NCBI GenBank assembly: GCA_013178125.1 | Contig: JABLXJ010000008.1 | Location: forward strand, 78,305-142,304 | Length of the DNA stretch: 64,000 bases | Direction of reading: 5' to 3' | DNA from: Bacillota bacterium | GTDB lineage: Bacteria > Bacillota > SHA-98 > Ch115 > JABLXJ01 | Shown here: positions 48,303-58,704 of the stretch, piece after piece | Layout: each line of letters starts with the position of its first letter | How positions within the stretch are numbered: the first letter of the stretch is position 1 | Notes under the pieces: generated by a model | Seen by the model: the letters and a program-made list of their open reading frames with translations, nothing else | Databases searched by the model: none | Told to the model about the DNA's origin: nothing | Position numbers and translations under genes: made by a program

Positions 48303-49838
48303 CTACCTTGCAAGCGCCGCGCCCTGCCGGAATGCCTCTTGGAGGGCGGGATAAAGCGAGGTATAGAGCCTGTAATACCCGTCATATACCTTCACATTCG
48401 CCACATCCGGCTCGGTGTGGCTCATGATGCTGACCGTGCTCTCGGCCGCCTCCTCCACGCTCCGGTAAACGCCGACCCCGACCCCAGCAAGCAGCGCCGC
48501 TCCAAAGGCGGGTCCTTCGTCCACGTTTATCGTAACAACCTCGACATTCATTATATCGGCCTGCATCTGCCGCCACAGCGGGCTCTTTGCGCCCCCGCCG
48601 ATGGCCCTGAGCTGTTTTACCTCGATGCCGAGGCCCTTTATAATTTCGAGAGAGTCCCTGAGCCCGAACACGACACCCTCCATTACCGCACGGGCCATAT
48701 GGGCCTTCCCGTGACGCAGGCTCAAGCCAAAGAATACACCACGCGCGTTAGCATCCGCATGGGGCGTGCGCTCACCTGTAAGATATGGAAGGAAGACGAG
48801 GCCTTCAGATCCAGGCGGGATGCGCCCGGCTGCGCGCCCGATCAAATCATAGGCGTCGATACCGGAAGCCCTCTCGACCTCCTTCTCCACCTGCGCCAGG
48901 GAATCTCTGAACCACTTGAGCGACATGCCGGCCGAGAGCATTACACCCATGAGGTACCACTTGTGCGGGACTGAGTGGTTAAACGTATGCACCCGCCCCA
49001 GGGGGTCTCGTTTGACCTCATCAACCTGCGCCACGATCACACCTGAGGAGCCGATGCTCGATAGAGCGCGCCCGGTCCTCACAATGCCTGCGCCGACGGC
49101 GCCGCAGGTGTTGTCCGCCCCGCCGCCCACCATGGGCGTCCCGGCCGCAAGGCCCGTCTTCTCCGCCACCTCGCGTGTCACGTAGCCGCACACGTCCGGC
49201 GACTCGCACCACCTTGGCACTATATCAAGGGGCAGCCCCAGCCCCTCGAGGACCTCGCGGGACCAGTCCCTCCTGGCTACGTCAAACAGCAGGGTCCCGG
49301 CCGCGTCCGAAATCTCGGTGACGAGCTCGCCTGTCAGCTTGTAACGTATGTAATCCTTGGGAAGAACCACCTTCTTGACCTTGGCGAATACCTCCGGCTT
49401 GTGCTTACGGAGCCAGATTATCTTGGGAGCCGTAAAGCCTTCGAGGGCCGGATTACATGTATACTCGATCAGCTTGTCCCGGCCAATTGTATCAGTAATC
49501 CAGCGACACTCCTCCGCTGTCCTGACGTCACACCAAAGGAGCGCGGGGTGCAGGACGTTATTGTTCTCGTCTAAAAATACGGAGCTGTGCATCTGCCCAG
49601 AAAGTCCTATGCCCTTCACATCCTGGCCGGCTATCCCGGATGAGGCCAGCGCCTTTTGAATGGACCTCACCGTTGCCTCCCACCAGTCCTGCGGGTTCTG
49701 CTCCGCCCAGCCAGGTTTCGGACTGTAGAGAGGGTATTCCTCAAAGGCCTTTCCAATCGTCTTGCCGGATGGATCGCAGATAAGAGTCTTTACGCCTGAC
49801 GTGCCGATGTCGAGCCCCATTAGATAGGCCATACGCAT
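48303..49838 (-). CDS. xylB: Xylulokinase (FGGY family)
   Basis: GLDIGTSGVK, GLSGQMHS, LWCDVR, GFTAPK, FLPYLTGERTPH, GGGAKS. Confidence 0.92.
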   Translation of the reverse strand: MRMAYLMGLDIGTSGVKTLICDPSGKTIGKAFEEYPLYSPKPGWAEQNPQDWWEATVRSIQKALASSGIAGQDVKGIGLSGQMHSSVFLDENNNVLHPALLWCDVRTAEECRWITDTIGRDKLIEYTCNPALEGFTAPKIIWLRKHKPEVFAKVKKVVLPKDYIRYKLTGELVTEISDAAGTLLFDVARRDWSREVLEGLGLPLDIVPRWCESPDVCGYVTREVAEKTGLAAGTPMVGGGADNTCGAVGAGIVRTGRALSSIGSSGVIVAQVDEVKRDPLGRVHTFNHSVPHKWYLMGVMLSAGMSLKWFRDSLAQVEKEVERASGIDAYDLIGRAAGRIPPGSEGLVFLPYLTGERTPHADANARGVFFGLSLRHGKAHMARAVMEGVVFGLRDSLEIIKGLGIEVKQLRAIGGGAKSPLWRQMQADIMNVEVVTINVDEGPAFGAALLAGVGVGVYRSVEEAAESTVSIMSHTEPDVANVKVYDGYYRLYTSLYPALQEAFRQGAALAR

Positions 49839-50102
49839 TCATCCCTTCTTCCTCGAATCTTCCACATGGTAAGTAACATCGATCCAAGTGAAATTTACTG
49901 GGGATACCCATAAACTCCACCGCAAGGCGCAAAAAGAGATCCTCGACAGCTGTATAAAACCTATCCAGATACTGCATTACATTATTCATTGCTATTCAAG
50001 ATTCGAAATCAAGGAACCGGCTTCAGCTAACCTAGCCTTATTCTACCATGGCCCAGGCGGTAGCGTCAACCAAGTCCTGGATATTATCCAGGACCGCGCA
50101 TA

Positions 50103-50131
50103 TTGACAACAATCCATGCCTCTGCTATATT
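50103..50131 (+). promoter_or_regulatory. sigmaA promoter of the tRNA gene
   Basis: TTGACA-17-TATATT with extended -10 TG. Confidence 0.75.
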
Positions 50132-50217
50132 TATCTATAGTTACTAGGGCTCCATCAGGAGTTATTAGGACTTCATCAGGCTATCCAGAAAGGTATCCGG
50201 GGAAGATGGTATACTGT

Positions 50218-50292
50218 TGGGGCGTAGCCAAGCGGTAAGGCACGGGACTTTGGATCCTGCATGCGGAGGTTCGAATCCTCCCGCCCCAGCCA
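50218..50292 (+). tRNA. tRNA-Gln(UUG)
   Basis: TGGGGCG/CGCCCCA acceptor stem, D-arm GCCAAGCGGTAAGGC, anticodon loop CTTTGGA, GGTTCGAATCC, encoded CCA. Confidence 0.97.
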
Positions 50293-50300
50293 GCAGTTTT

Positions 50301-50340
50301 AAGCCTCCAACCGCACATAATCGGCGAGGTTTTTTTGTTT
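50301..50340 (+). terminator. Probable terminator after the tRNA
   Basis: Imperfect AGCCTC...GAGGTT stem followed by a T-run. Confidence 0.5.
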
Positions 50341-50350
50341 AAAGAGCATT

Positions 50351-50977
50351 TCAATAGCTTGCAAGGAGCTCCTTCTGGAGCCTTGTAAAATACTCTTTAA
50401 CCTCAGTCCAAGTTATCCGGGTCAAGGTGATCGGGTCCACATCCCTTTCGGCGTCATCAAAAAAGGCAAGGCTCCTGATTATATGATAAAGGCTGTATCC
50501 GGTCCCTTTGTATTTATCCTCGAGAAGTTTCAAAAGCTCATTAACGGGGATGACCTCTTTACAGATCACATATAAATCGATGAAGTCCTTCTTACTACCC
50601 CGGCTCGATATAGCCGTAATCTTCATAAGCGCGATGTCCCTGAGATCAGCTATATCTATCCCTTTAAACCTTTTCACGGGGAAAAGCAGCGGGTACTTAT
50701 AAGTCATAAAACTGACCCTGACTCCGTCCAGTATTCCATGCACGGTACACCATGCTTCGCCCGTCAAGCTGAAGCTACCCAGTGAGGCTAGCCTCTGTAT
50801 CAGAGTGACTGGATCAAATTCTTCCCTTGAAAAAAAGTCGAAATCGTAAGATAGCCTATGGCCCAACTGCAACGCTGCAGCCGTGCCGCCGGCTATATAA
50901 AAACGTGACGTGAGATTGTTGCTCTTTAATGAGGCCAAAACGGACTCTCCATTCTCCGGTAATACGTTGACAAACAT
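50351..50977 (-). CDS. AbiEii/AbiGii-family nucleotidyltransferase toxin
   Basis: AGGTAAALQLGHRLSYDFDFF, MKITAISSRGSKKDFIDLY. Confidence 0.88.
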   Translation of the reverse strand: MFVNVLPENGESVLASLKSNNLTSRFYIAGGTAAALQLGHRLSYDFDFFSREEFDPVTLIQRLASLGSFSLTGEAWCTVHGILDGVRVSFMTYKYPLLFPVKRFKGIDIADLRDIALMKITAISSRGSKKDFIDLYVICKEVIPVNELLKLLEDKYKGTGYSLYHIIRSLAFFDDAERDVDPITLTRITWTEVKEYFTRLQKELLASY

Positions 50978-51222
50978 CTAACCTCTTCCTCTGCCAGGCC
51001 ATAATAATTCTGCCAGAGACGAGCGGTCTTTCTCGAAAGGCGCCTGCTTGCGCGAATGACCTCCAACCTTTGATTATCACTGTAATAGGACATAACCCAT
51101 CTTATTGACCGGTCGTCTCCGTCTTCCAAAAGCCGCTCGATCACAAAGAAATAGTCCCTATCAGGGTTTATCCTCTTGGGGTCTACGTCCCAAAAAAACT
51201 TATGCACGAAATCGGGTAGAAT
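50926..51222 (-). CDS. DUF6922-like antitoxin partner
   Basis: LP...FFWDVD...FVIERLLEDGD...W; overlaps the toxin start; start is GTG 51207 or ATT 51222. Confidence 0.8.
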   Translation of the reverse strand: MLPDFVHKFFWDVDPKRINPDRDYFFVIERLLEDGDDRSIRWVMSYYSDNQRLEVIRASRRLSRKTARLWQNYYGLAEEEVRCLSTYYRRMESPFWPH

Positions 51223-51453
51223 AGGGCAACCCTCCCCTACGCGACTCGATTCAAGAAAGCCGTCTCTCGATCCCCTGCAGCTTTATTATATCATGGATAC
51301 CATATTTTATCATCCCGTATTTTATCCTTCATCCGCAAACCTCATCTGCAAAACGTCAAGATTTTTCATGGATATCTGGAGGAATTGGCGGCCAGAGCCC
51401 AGAATATAAAGTAGCACACAATCCCTGATCACGCTCGAAAGGAAGAGTGCCTT

Positions 51454-53103
51454 ATGCATTATCTCCTGGGAGTCGATGTCGGCACCACGCATCTCAAGGC
51501 AATCGTATTCGACGAAAAGGGGAATGAGATCTCTCGATCGATACGGAATACCCCTTCGATAGCCTTCCCCGACGGCAAAGTCGACCAAAACCCGGATGAA
51601 CTCTGGCATGCTGTCGCAGCCACGATAGCGGAGGCGGTCTCAGAGATGGGCGGCCTGGATGATGCGCGGAAGATAGAAGGCCTCGCAGTGGCGAGCGTCG
51701 CCGAGGCCGGCGTCCTGCTGGATGCCCACGGCCAGTGGCTCTATCCGATCATCGCCTGGTATGACCTGCGGACTGTGGCGGAGAGCAACTGGTGGCGCGA
51801 GACGGTCGGCCCGGAGGACATCTTCGCCGTTACGGGGCTCAACGCCGACCCGATGTATTCGGTAACCAAGATCATGTGGATAAAGAATAACCACCCCGAT
51901 GCTTATAACAAGGCGACCAGGTGGCTATGCACCTCTGATTACATAAACTACCGGCTCACAGGGGAGATGGCGATGGATCTCTCCCTCGCCTCCCGGACTA
52001 TGCTGTTCGACCAGCGAAAGCAGGCCTGGTCGGAGGAATTTCTTAGCCATGCGGGGCTTCCCATAACGCTCATGCCGCCCGCCGTAGATTCAGGCACGCT
52101 CGTAGGGAGGGTAACCCGTGAAGCTGCCCGCATGACAGGGCTCCCGGAGGGGATCCCCGTATTTGCCGGAGGGCATGACCACCTCTGCGGCGCGCTGGCC
52201 GCCGGGATCATCGGCACGGGCCTGGTGCTGGATTCCATAGGCACGGCAGAGAGCCTCCTCGGGGTCACTGATGCGCCGAGGCTCTCGCCTGAGGTTCACA
52301 AGATGGGTTTCGGCGTGGGACACCACGTGGTCAGGGATAAATATTACATTATGGGTGGCACCCTCAGCGCAGGGGCATCGATCGAGTGGCTCGCGCGAAC
52401 GTTTATAGCCAATAGCTCTGGCAGCAGCAATGCTGGCGCCCCCCACGGTTCCCATGCTGGTGCGGCGCACGGCGGCCGTGAGACTGAGACACGTGAGGTA
52501 AAAGATGTGTATCGGATAATAGAGAGCCTGGCCCGGGAGAGCACGCCCTGCGCCAGGGGATTATTCTTCCTCCCGCACCTCAGGGGGAGCGGTCCGCCAA
52601 GGCGCGATCCCATGTCGCGAGGGGTCTTCCTGGGGCTCAGGACCCATCATTCGCTGGCGGACATCACACGGGCCACAATCGAGGGCCTCTGCCTCGAGCT
52701 CCGGTCAGGCCTCCAGGCCCTGGAGGCGGCGATGGGCTCGGGCGTCCAGGAGATCCGGGCGATAGGCGGTGGGGCCAAGAATAGATTCTGGCTCGAGACA
52801 AAGGCGACCGTTCTTGGGCGTCCCGTAAAGCTGCCCGGAAATCCCGAGGCCGTGGCCCTCGGCGCAGCGCTCCTTGCGGGTATAGGGTCCGGCATCTACA
52901 AGGACGAGGCCGATGCGGTGAGGAATACCTACCGCGAGCTCGGGCAGGTGGAGCCCGACGGCGACCTGCAGCCCATCTATGATTCCGCCTATTCGATCTA
53001 TAAGTCTATCTACCCTGCTACCAGGGAGATCAGCTATTCTATCGAAACTCAATTAGAGGCTAAACTGAAGGAGCTCGAGTCCAGGTTGAATACCATAGGT
53101 TAA
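51454..53103 (+). CDS. FGGY family carbohydrate kinase
   Basis: GVDVGTTHLK, IAWYDLR, ASRTMLFD, GGHDH, FLPHLRG, GGGAKN. Confidence 0.92.
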   Translation: MHYLLGVDVGTTHLKAIVFDEKGNEISRSIRNTPSIAFPDGKVDQNPDELWHAVAATIAEAVSEMGGLDDARKIEGLAVASVAEAGVLLDAHGQWLYPIIAWYDLRTVAESNWWRETVGPEDIFAVTGLNADPMYSVTKIMWIKNNHPDAYNKATRWLCTSDYINYRLTGEMAMDLSLASRTMLFDQRKQAWSEEFLSHAGLPITLMPPAVDSGTLVGRVTREAARMTGLPEGIPVFAGGHDHLCGALAAGIIGTGLVLDSIGTAESLLGVTDAPRLSPEVHKMGFGVGHHVVRDKYYIMGGTLSAGASIEWLARTFIANSSGSSNAGAPHGSHAGAAHGGRETETREVKDVYRIIESLARESTPCARGLFFLPHLRGSGPPRRDPMSRGVFLGLRTHHSLADITRATIEGLCLELRSGLQALEAAMGSGVQEIRAIGGGAKNRFWLETKATVLGRPVKLPGNPEAVALGAALLAGIGSGIYKDEADAVRNTYRELGQVEPDGDLQPIYDSAYSIYKSIYPATREISYSIETQLEAKLKELESRLNTIG

Positions 53104-53113
53104 ACACAAGAGG

Positions 53114-54100
53114 TTGAGCCAGGGAACGGAAACGGGGAGAGTCGCAGCAGTGATAGCTACAATTACGCCGAATCCATCGATAGACAGGACGGTATTCGTA
53201 GATGAGCTGGTGCCCGGGAAGCTTCACCGCGTCAGGCTGGTCCGACGGGACCCGAGCGGCAAGGGAGTAAATGTATCGCGCGCCTTGAAATGCCTCGGGA
53301 TGGACTCCATAGCATTCGGTTTCCTCGGCGGAGACCCGGGCAGGGAGCTCGAGGAGGGCATCAAGGCCCTTGGCATTTCGACCAGGTTCACTTGGGTTTC
53401 AGGCGACACGAGGACCAATACCAAGGTTGTCGAGGATAAGACCGGCAGGATGACCGAGATAAACGAACCCGGTCCTCTCGTTTCGGACGGCGATATCGAG
53501 AGGCTGAAGGAGACCATACTATCCGCCGCCGCGGACAAGGAATTCGAATTCGCCGTGCTATCAGGCAGCCGCCCTCCCGGGGTTCCTGATGACTTCTATT
53601 CTGACCTCGTGGCACTGCTCAATAAGCACGGTGTCAAGACCATCCTCGATTGTGACGGCTCAGCCCTCAGGCTCGGCATCGAGGCGAGGCCTTTTATGAT
53701 CAAGCCTAACAGGTTCGAGATGGAGATGCTATTTGGGAAGGCCTTCCCCTCGGCTGGCGAGATCGTAGAGGCCGCAACCGACTTGCTGGGGAAGGGCCTC
53801 TCAGTCGTCGTGATCTCGCTCGGGGCGGAGGGCGCGATCTTCGTCAGGGGGAACGCCAGGGAAAATGAGATATGCTGGGCCAGAGCCGGAGGGCCGGTGG
53901 AGCCGAAGAGCACCGCGGGATGCGGGGATACGATGGTGGCCTCCATCCTGCTGGCGCTGCAGCGCGGGTGGTCCTGGGAATACACTGCAAGGTTTGCGGT
54001 GGCCGCAGCTACTGTAGCAGCAACCAAAGAAGGGACGCAATTCCCGGCCTATGACGAAGCCCTGGATGCTTTGCGGCTCGTGAAGCTAGTCCGTCTATAA
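53114..54100 (+). CDS. 1-phosphofructokinase family hexose kinase (PfkB)
   Basis: TPNPSIDR, GKGVNVS, LSGSRPPG, IKPNRFE, STAGCGD. Confidence 0.92.
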   Translation: MSQGTETGRVAAVIATITPNPSIDRTVFVDELVPGKLHRVRLVRRDPSGKGVNVSRALKCLGMDSIAFGFLGGDPGRELEEGIKALGISTRFTWVSGDTRTNTKVVEDKTGRMTEINEPGPLVSDGDIERLKETILSAAADKEFEFAVLSGSRPPGVPDDFYSDLVALLNKHGVKTILDCDGSALRLGIEARPFMIKPNRFEMEMLFGKAFPSAGEIVEAATDLLGKGLSVVVISLGAEGAIFVRGNARENEICWARAGGPVEPKSTAGCGDTMVASILLALQRGWSWEYTARFAVAAATVAATKEGTQFPAYDEALDALRLVKLVRL

Positions 54101-54243
54101 AGATAGACCCCTCGGGCTTCTCGTTTTCATGTTCATGATGCGCAGGATACGAGCGGTCGGTAAGGCGCATACCCAAAGATACCTGAGCTCGGAAGGAAGG
54201 GAGGCAATTAGGCCCGGCCTAATTCGCCGGGCCCACGCGGGGG

Positions 54244-55326
54244 TTAACAGAAGTTCGACATCAGCGCTTCAGCGTCCGTTTCCTCCATTACTGGGAATAA
54301 CAGATACAAACCATCAGAGCCGTAGCGGTTGACCAGCTTTGTGGCCTTCTCGATCCAATCTTCAACAGTCCCGTCCGATATACCTATCCAAAGCGATTTC
54401 CCCGCAGATTTAGCCTTATCATATATGGGATACCAGAGCTCGCTGCCTCCATCGGGCTTACCGGCCCCCGGCGTCCATTGCAGCGCATCCAATTCGTCTA
54501 TCTCCATCAATGCGTCCAGATGCTTAATAGCGTCCGGCCCGTCGAGGTGATAGAGTGAGTAATCCAGCCTCTTGCATTGTTTGCGCAATGATGGCTGCAC
54601 AAACTCCCTGAACTGCTTTGGCGACATCAGTGCCGAGAAATCACATTGCAGTTTGGCCGTTTTCCCCGGCCCCCATATGGAAAACGCTGTATAGCTGCTG
54701 CTGCCATCATCATCTGCCACGATATCGTAAAAGACATCATAATATCGGAAATATAGTTCGTCTATCTGATGTATGTAATCTTTCACCAACTCCGGCTCAT
54801 CCACGAGGTCAAAACAAAACTCCTGTGGCCCCCGCATAGCAGCTAAGATGTCGACATTTTCGACAATATCCGGGATATTGACCAACATATCTTTATCCGC
54901 TAGCTCCTTTGCTCGCTTCACCGACTCTACATGACGCTTCCACCAATGATTGTCAACATCGTATTTCAGCGGCCCGTGTCGGCGCCAGTTTTCTCTCACA
55001 CATGGTGTGTACCATACTGTATCCCATGCGAAATTAGGCTCCGACCCGAGGTATGTGGCCATAGAACCCGGACCGATGTTAAGGTCCACAGAAGGGAATG
55101 CTTCCGCCATGAATATATGGGTACGGCAAAAGTTACGCATCTCCTTTACAAGCCGCTCTGGATCAAGGTGTAGCGCTTCAGGGTCTTTAGGCGGTTGCAC
55201 CGGTTCAATAGGCTCCATCGGATGGCTACGCCGCGCTATAATTCTGAGCATGGGCCTACCTATGCTGGAATGGTTCCACCATGCTATAAATCGCTCCTTT
55301 GCTTCACCCCAATCTCGCTTATACAT
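54244..55326 (-). CDS. URO-D/cobalamin methyltransferase-fold protein (often labelled trimethylamine corrinoid protein 2)
   Basis: AWWN, NIGPGSMATYLG, LQCDFSALMSP, YHLDG, LQWTPGAG; GGAGG RBS. Confidence 0.75.
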   Translation of the reverse strand: MYKRDWGEAKERFIAWWNHSSIGRPMLRIIARRSHPMEPIEPVQPPKDPEALHLDPERLVKEMRNFCRTHIFMAEAFPSVDLNIGPGSMATYLGSEPNFAWDTVWYTPCVRENWRRHGPLKYDVDNHWWKRHVESVKRAKELADKDMLVNIPDIVENVDILAAMRGPQEFCFDLVDEPELVKDYIHQIDELYFRYYDVFYDIVADDDGSSSYTAFSIWGPGKTAKLQCDFSALMSPKQFREFVQPSLRKQCKRLDYSLYHLDGPDAIKHLDALMEIDELDALQWTPGAGKPDGGSELWYPIYDKAKSAGKSLWIGISDGTVEDWIEKATKLVNRYGSDGLYLLFPVMEETDAEALMSNFC

Positions 55327-55482
55327 TGCTATTGATCCTCCAATCTTCACCGTATCCGCTCGGGCAAGGTATGGCAGAGTTCTCCCCATCACCAGGCAGC
55401 AGCGGCAACTTGAGCAAATTCGCCACAAACAGCGTCACTATGGGGTCTAGAGGGGTAGCGGCCGCCGCTCTCTTACGCAGTC

Positions 55483-56352
55483 TCAGCCCTTCAGGCCGCT
55501 CAAGGTAATGCCTTCGATGAAATTCTTCTGGGCTGCGAAGAAGACGATTAGCACGGGCAATATCGACAGTAGTGTACCTGCCATAATCACGTTCCAATCC
55601 AGCGTTCCAAAAGTCTGGCGGAAAAGCGCCAGCCCCAAAGGCAAAGTCCGCTTGGCCATATCGTCAATCACCAATACGGGCCAGAGGAAGTCATCCCAGC
55701 TGAACATAAAGATAAAGATTCCCAGGGCGGATAAAGCCGGCTTAGATAAAGGAAGCACTATACGACTGTAAATCCCAAATTCCGAGCACCCGTCGATACG
55801 GGCTGCGTCGACCAGGGCTGTCGGGATCCCCATCATGAACTGCCGCATCAGAAAAATCCCATAGGCACTGACCAACCGGGGGATGATCAGTGCCGTTAGA
55901 CTGTTTAGCATCCCTAAGTCTCTTACTATGATGTATACTGGAATTAAGATAACCTCGAAAGGCACCATCATTGTGGCTAAGATGCCCAGAAACAAAATAT
56001 TCCTACCCCAGAAATCAAACTTGCCGAAAATGTAACCTGCCAGAGAACTGGTGAATAAGGTACCCAAGGTGATAGTGGTAGCGACGATCAGGCTGTTCCA
56101 GAGGAAGCTGAAGAAGGGGATTTCACTTAAAACTCGAGCATAGGCCGTAAACCCGGCAAACTCCGTCGGCAAAAAGCGCGGGGGAAATGAAATGGCATCC
56201 CAGTTATACTTGAAGGAGGTGGAAACCATCCAAATAAAAGGTGCCAGCATTATGCTTGCGACAAGGGCGCAGAACACTGCCTTGGCAAGATTCTTGAGGA
56301 GTTTGAGCTGGGTGTACAAGTTGATCTCCTCCCTATTCCTCCCTATTACCAT
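55483..56352 (-). CDS. Carbohydrate ABC transporter permease (MalG-like)
   Basis: FLMRQF, DAARIDGCSEF, WDDFLWP. Confidence 0.92.
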   Translation of the reverse strand: MVIGRNREEINLYTQLKLLKNLAKAVFCALVASIMLAPFIWMVSTSFKYNWDAISFPPRFLPTEFAGFTAYARVLSEIPFFSFLWNSLIVATTITLGTLFTSSLAGYIFGKFDFWGRNILFLGILATMMVPFEVILIPVYIIVRDLGMLNSLTALIIPRLVSAYGIFLMRQFMMGIPTALVDAARIDGCSEFGIYSRIVLPLSKPALSALGIFIFMFSWDDFLWPVLVIDDMAKRTLPLGLALFRQTFGTLDWNVIMAGTLLSILPVLIVFFAAQKNFIEGITLSGLKG

Positions 56353-56385
56353 GGGTTTATTTACCGCTTCGTGTACGTGGATTTG

Positions 56386-57375
56386 TCAGTACTCAAAATC
56401 CGGCTTAAAGTATTTGAGTTGTAGAATTGTTGCGACCAAAACCAGGGCAAAAAGGATAAAGGCCAAAGCCGAGGCTCTGCCCATTTCAAAGAATTTGAAG
56501 CCCGTTTCGTAGATATGCATTACCAGCGTTCGGGTGGCTGTACCCGGTCCACCCTGGGTCATGACGTAAATCTGGGTAAAAACTTGAAACGCCCCGATCA
56601 TACCTGTGACCAATACGAATAACGTAGTCGGTTTAAGTAACGGGATGGTGATATGAAGTAGTGTCCTCCACTGGGAAGCGCCGTCAACCCTGGCGGCTTC
56701 GTAAAACTCGCCGGGGATAGTGGTGAGCCCTGCTAAGAATAGCACCATAGTGTAACCTACGCTCTTCCAGACACTCATGATAATAATAGAAGGCATAGCC
56801 TGGGAGGATGAGTTTAACCATTCGTAAGGCCCCAGGCCGATAAAGCCCAGGACGTAATTAAGCACGCCGAACGTGGGCTGGTAGAGCCAAACAAACATCA
56901 AAGCCACCGCCACCATAGAGGTGACTACAGGCATGAAGATTACCCCTCGCATGAGGCTCTTAAAAGGGTCCCTCAGGCTATTGACAAAGAGGGCCAACAG
57001 CAGCCCGAAAACAATACCAAGAAGAACGTAAAAAAAGGCGAAATATATGGTGTTCTTTACCGAGACCCAAAAAACGGGGTCATTGAACGCCCACAAGTAA
57101 TTTCCCATGCCGAAAAACGGCTTTTCCTTTTCTAAAAGGCCCCAGCGGTGAAGGCTAATATAAAAAGCGGAGGTTACAGGATACACGGAGAAAATAAGAA
57201 AATAAGTCATCACCGGAAAGAGACCGATGACAATAAACCGCAACTGTTTGGCTCTGCCCGCTGAAAACCTGCGTTTGACCCTGTCTTTACGGCTCATGAT
57301 CCGAGTGACCATTGCGCTGTAACGCCTCCTTTGAAGGCCGAGAAATCGAAGATTCGATCTCTCGGCCTCAAACAT
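56386..57375 (-). CDS. Carbohydrate ABC transporter permease (MalF-like)
   Basis: YEAARVDGAS, ITIPLLKPT, TQGGP; start uncertain. Confidence 0.92.
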   Translation of the reverse strand: MFEAERSNLRFLGLQRRRYSAMVTRIMSRKDRVKRRFSAGRAKQLRFIVIGLFPVMTYFLIFSVYPVTSAFYISLHRWGLLEKEKPFFGMGNYLWAFNDPVFWVSVKNTIYFAFFYVLLGIVFGLLLALFVNSLRDPFKSLMRGVIFMPVVTSMVAVALMFVWLYQPTFGVLNYVLGFIGLGPYEWLNSSSQAMPSIIIMSVWKSVGYTMVLFLAGLTTIPGEFYEAARVDGASQWRTLLHITIPLLKPTTLFVLVTGMIGAFQVFTQIYVMTQGGPGTATRTLVMHIYETGFKFFEMGRASALAFILFALVLVATILQLKYFKPDFEY

Positions 57376-57390
57376 TCAAACATGTCGGCT

Positions 57391-58674
57391 CTATCTGAGT
57401 TCAGCTAATATCGCATTGATACGTTTTTCAGCTTTAGCCAGAGCTTTCTCCGGAGACTGCTCGCCTACAACCATCCGTTCCAATTCCTCTGCCATGGCTG
57501 TGTCGACCTTTGCCCAGCCCGGGATTTTGGCGTAGTAAACCTCTGCAACTTCCAGGGCTTTCCCAAAAGCTCTGATCCAAGGGTCGCTCACATATTCTTC
57601 ATTACTGTAGTTTGCCTTTCGGAAGCTGATGAACCCAATCTTGTTTGCCATCTCGAGGTATTTCTCGTCGTTTGAGAGGTACTGGAGGAATTTCCAGGCC
57701 CATTCCTTCTGGGCGGGGGACGAAGCGGCATTTACCACCCAGAACCAAGCATACATAGAAGTCACTTGACGGGCAGGGCCCTTTAGGGGTGGAATAGCCT
57801 TAAACTTGAGACGGGGATTGTTCTGCCTGAAAAAGGCTCTATCCCAGGGGCCGCCCCACATCATAGCTGACTTGCCCAAGGTAAAGGCGTCAGGAGCATT
57901 CATGAAGTTGGCATGTGTGAGTTTCGCGTAAACCTTGGTAGCTTCCAAGCCCGGGGGAGTATTGAATGCTGCTTTGGTGCCATCTTTGGAGATGTACTGG
58001 CTGCCAAAGGCTCTTACAATAGTGCTCCAGTGGATGACGTTCCAATAACCTTCTTTGGTTGCCATCAGTGTAGTTCCAGCCTGGACTAACCGCCCGTTCG
58101 CATCGTATTTATCCAACTTCTTGTTTGCTGCCAGCAACTCTTCGTATGTCGTAGGGAGCTCCAAGCCGGCCTGCTCATAGAGGTCCACATTGACAATGGG
58201 CGTGGGGATACCAATGTGCTGAATGTACCCATAGATCTTACCATTATACTCTGCACTCTGGCCGGCAACTGCCACGGTATTCTGCCGGATATCTTCAACC
58301 ACCGGTGTGGGAGCTGGGTCAAGCCAGCCACTTTTCACCAGCTCCGCCATCCACGGGCCGTGAACGCCGATGATGTCAGGAGCGGTTCCAGCAACCAGCG
58401 AGGTCATCAGTTTGGTGTATAAATCCTCATGATTTACTGTAGTGTACTCGATTTTGACGTTGGGATGCAGCTTCTCAAATTCCGTGGCTTGTTTTCTCAG
58501 CAGATCATTCCAGGGTTTGTAGTTGTGACTCAAAAACCGAAGGGTAACCTGTTCAGCTGCGGCAGAAATACTTCCTAAAGCAAATACTAGCAGCAGCATC
58601 ACTGCCCCTATAACTACGAACCTGCGGTTCAGCACTTTGATTTCTCCTCCTTTTGTTGTGCACCAGTTGTGCAC
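57391..58674 (-). CDS. Sugar ABC transporter substrate-binding protein
   Basis: Signal peptide; FEKLHPNVKI, GTAPDI, PTTYEEL, GKSAMMWGGPW. Confidence 0.9.
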   Translation of the reverse strand: MHNWCTTKGGEIKVLNRRFVVIGAVMLLLVFALGSISAAAEQVTLRFLSHNYKPWNDLLRKQATEFEKLHPNVKIEYTTVNHEDLYTKLMTSLVAGTAPDIIGVHGPWMAELVKSGWLDPAPTPVVEDIRQNTVAVAGQSAEYNGKIYGYIQHIGIPTPIVNVDLYEQAGLELPTTYEELLAANKKLDKYDANGRLVQAGTTLMATKEGYWNVIHWSTIVRAFGSQYISKDGTKAAFNTPPGLEATKVYAKLTHANFMNAPDAFTLGKSAMMWGGPWDRAFFRQNNPRLKFKAIPPLKGPARQVTSMYAWFWVVNAASSPAQKEWAWKFLQYLSNDEKYLEMANKIGFISFRKANYSNEEYVSDPWIRAFGKALEVAEVYYAKIPGWAKVDTAMAEELERMVVGEQSPEKALAKAEKRINAILAELR

Positions 58675-58704
58675 CCTTTTTTGTGACGTGTTGCTTCTGA
58701 CCCC

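Noticed and set aside
54104-54246. Further mini-element or MITE (AGACCCC...GGGGT) at the island border
   Set aside because: Only the terminal few bases resemble the family and the interior does not align; the GGCCCGGC hairpin may simply terminate the convergent genes.
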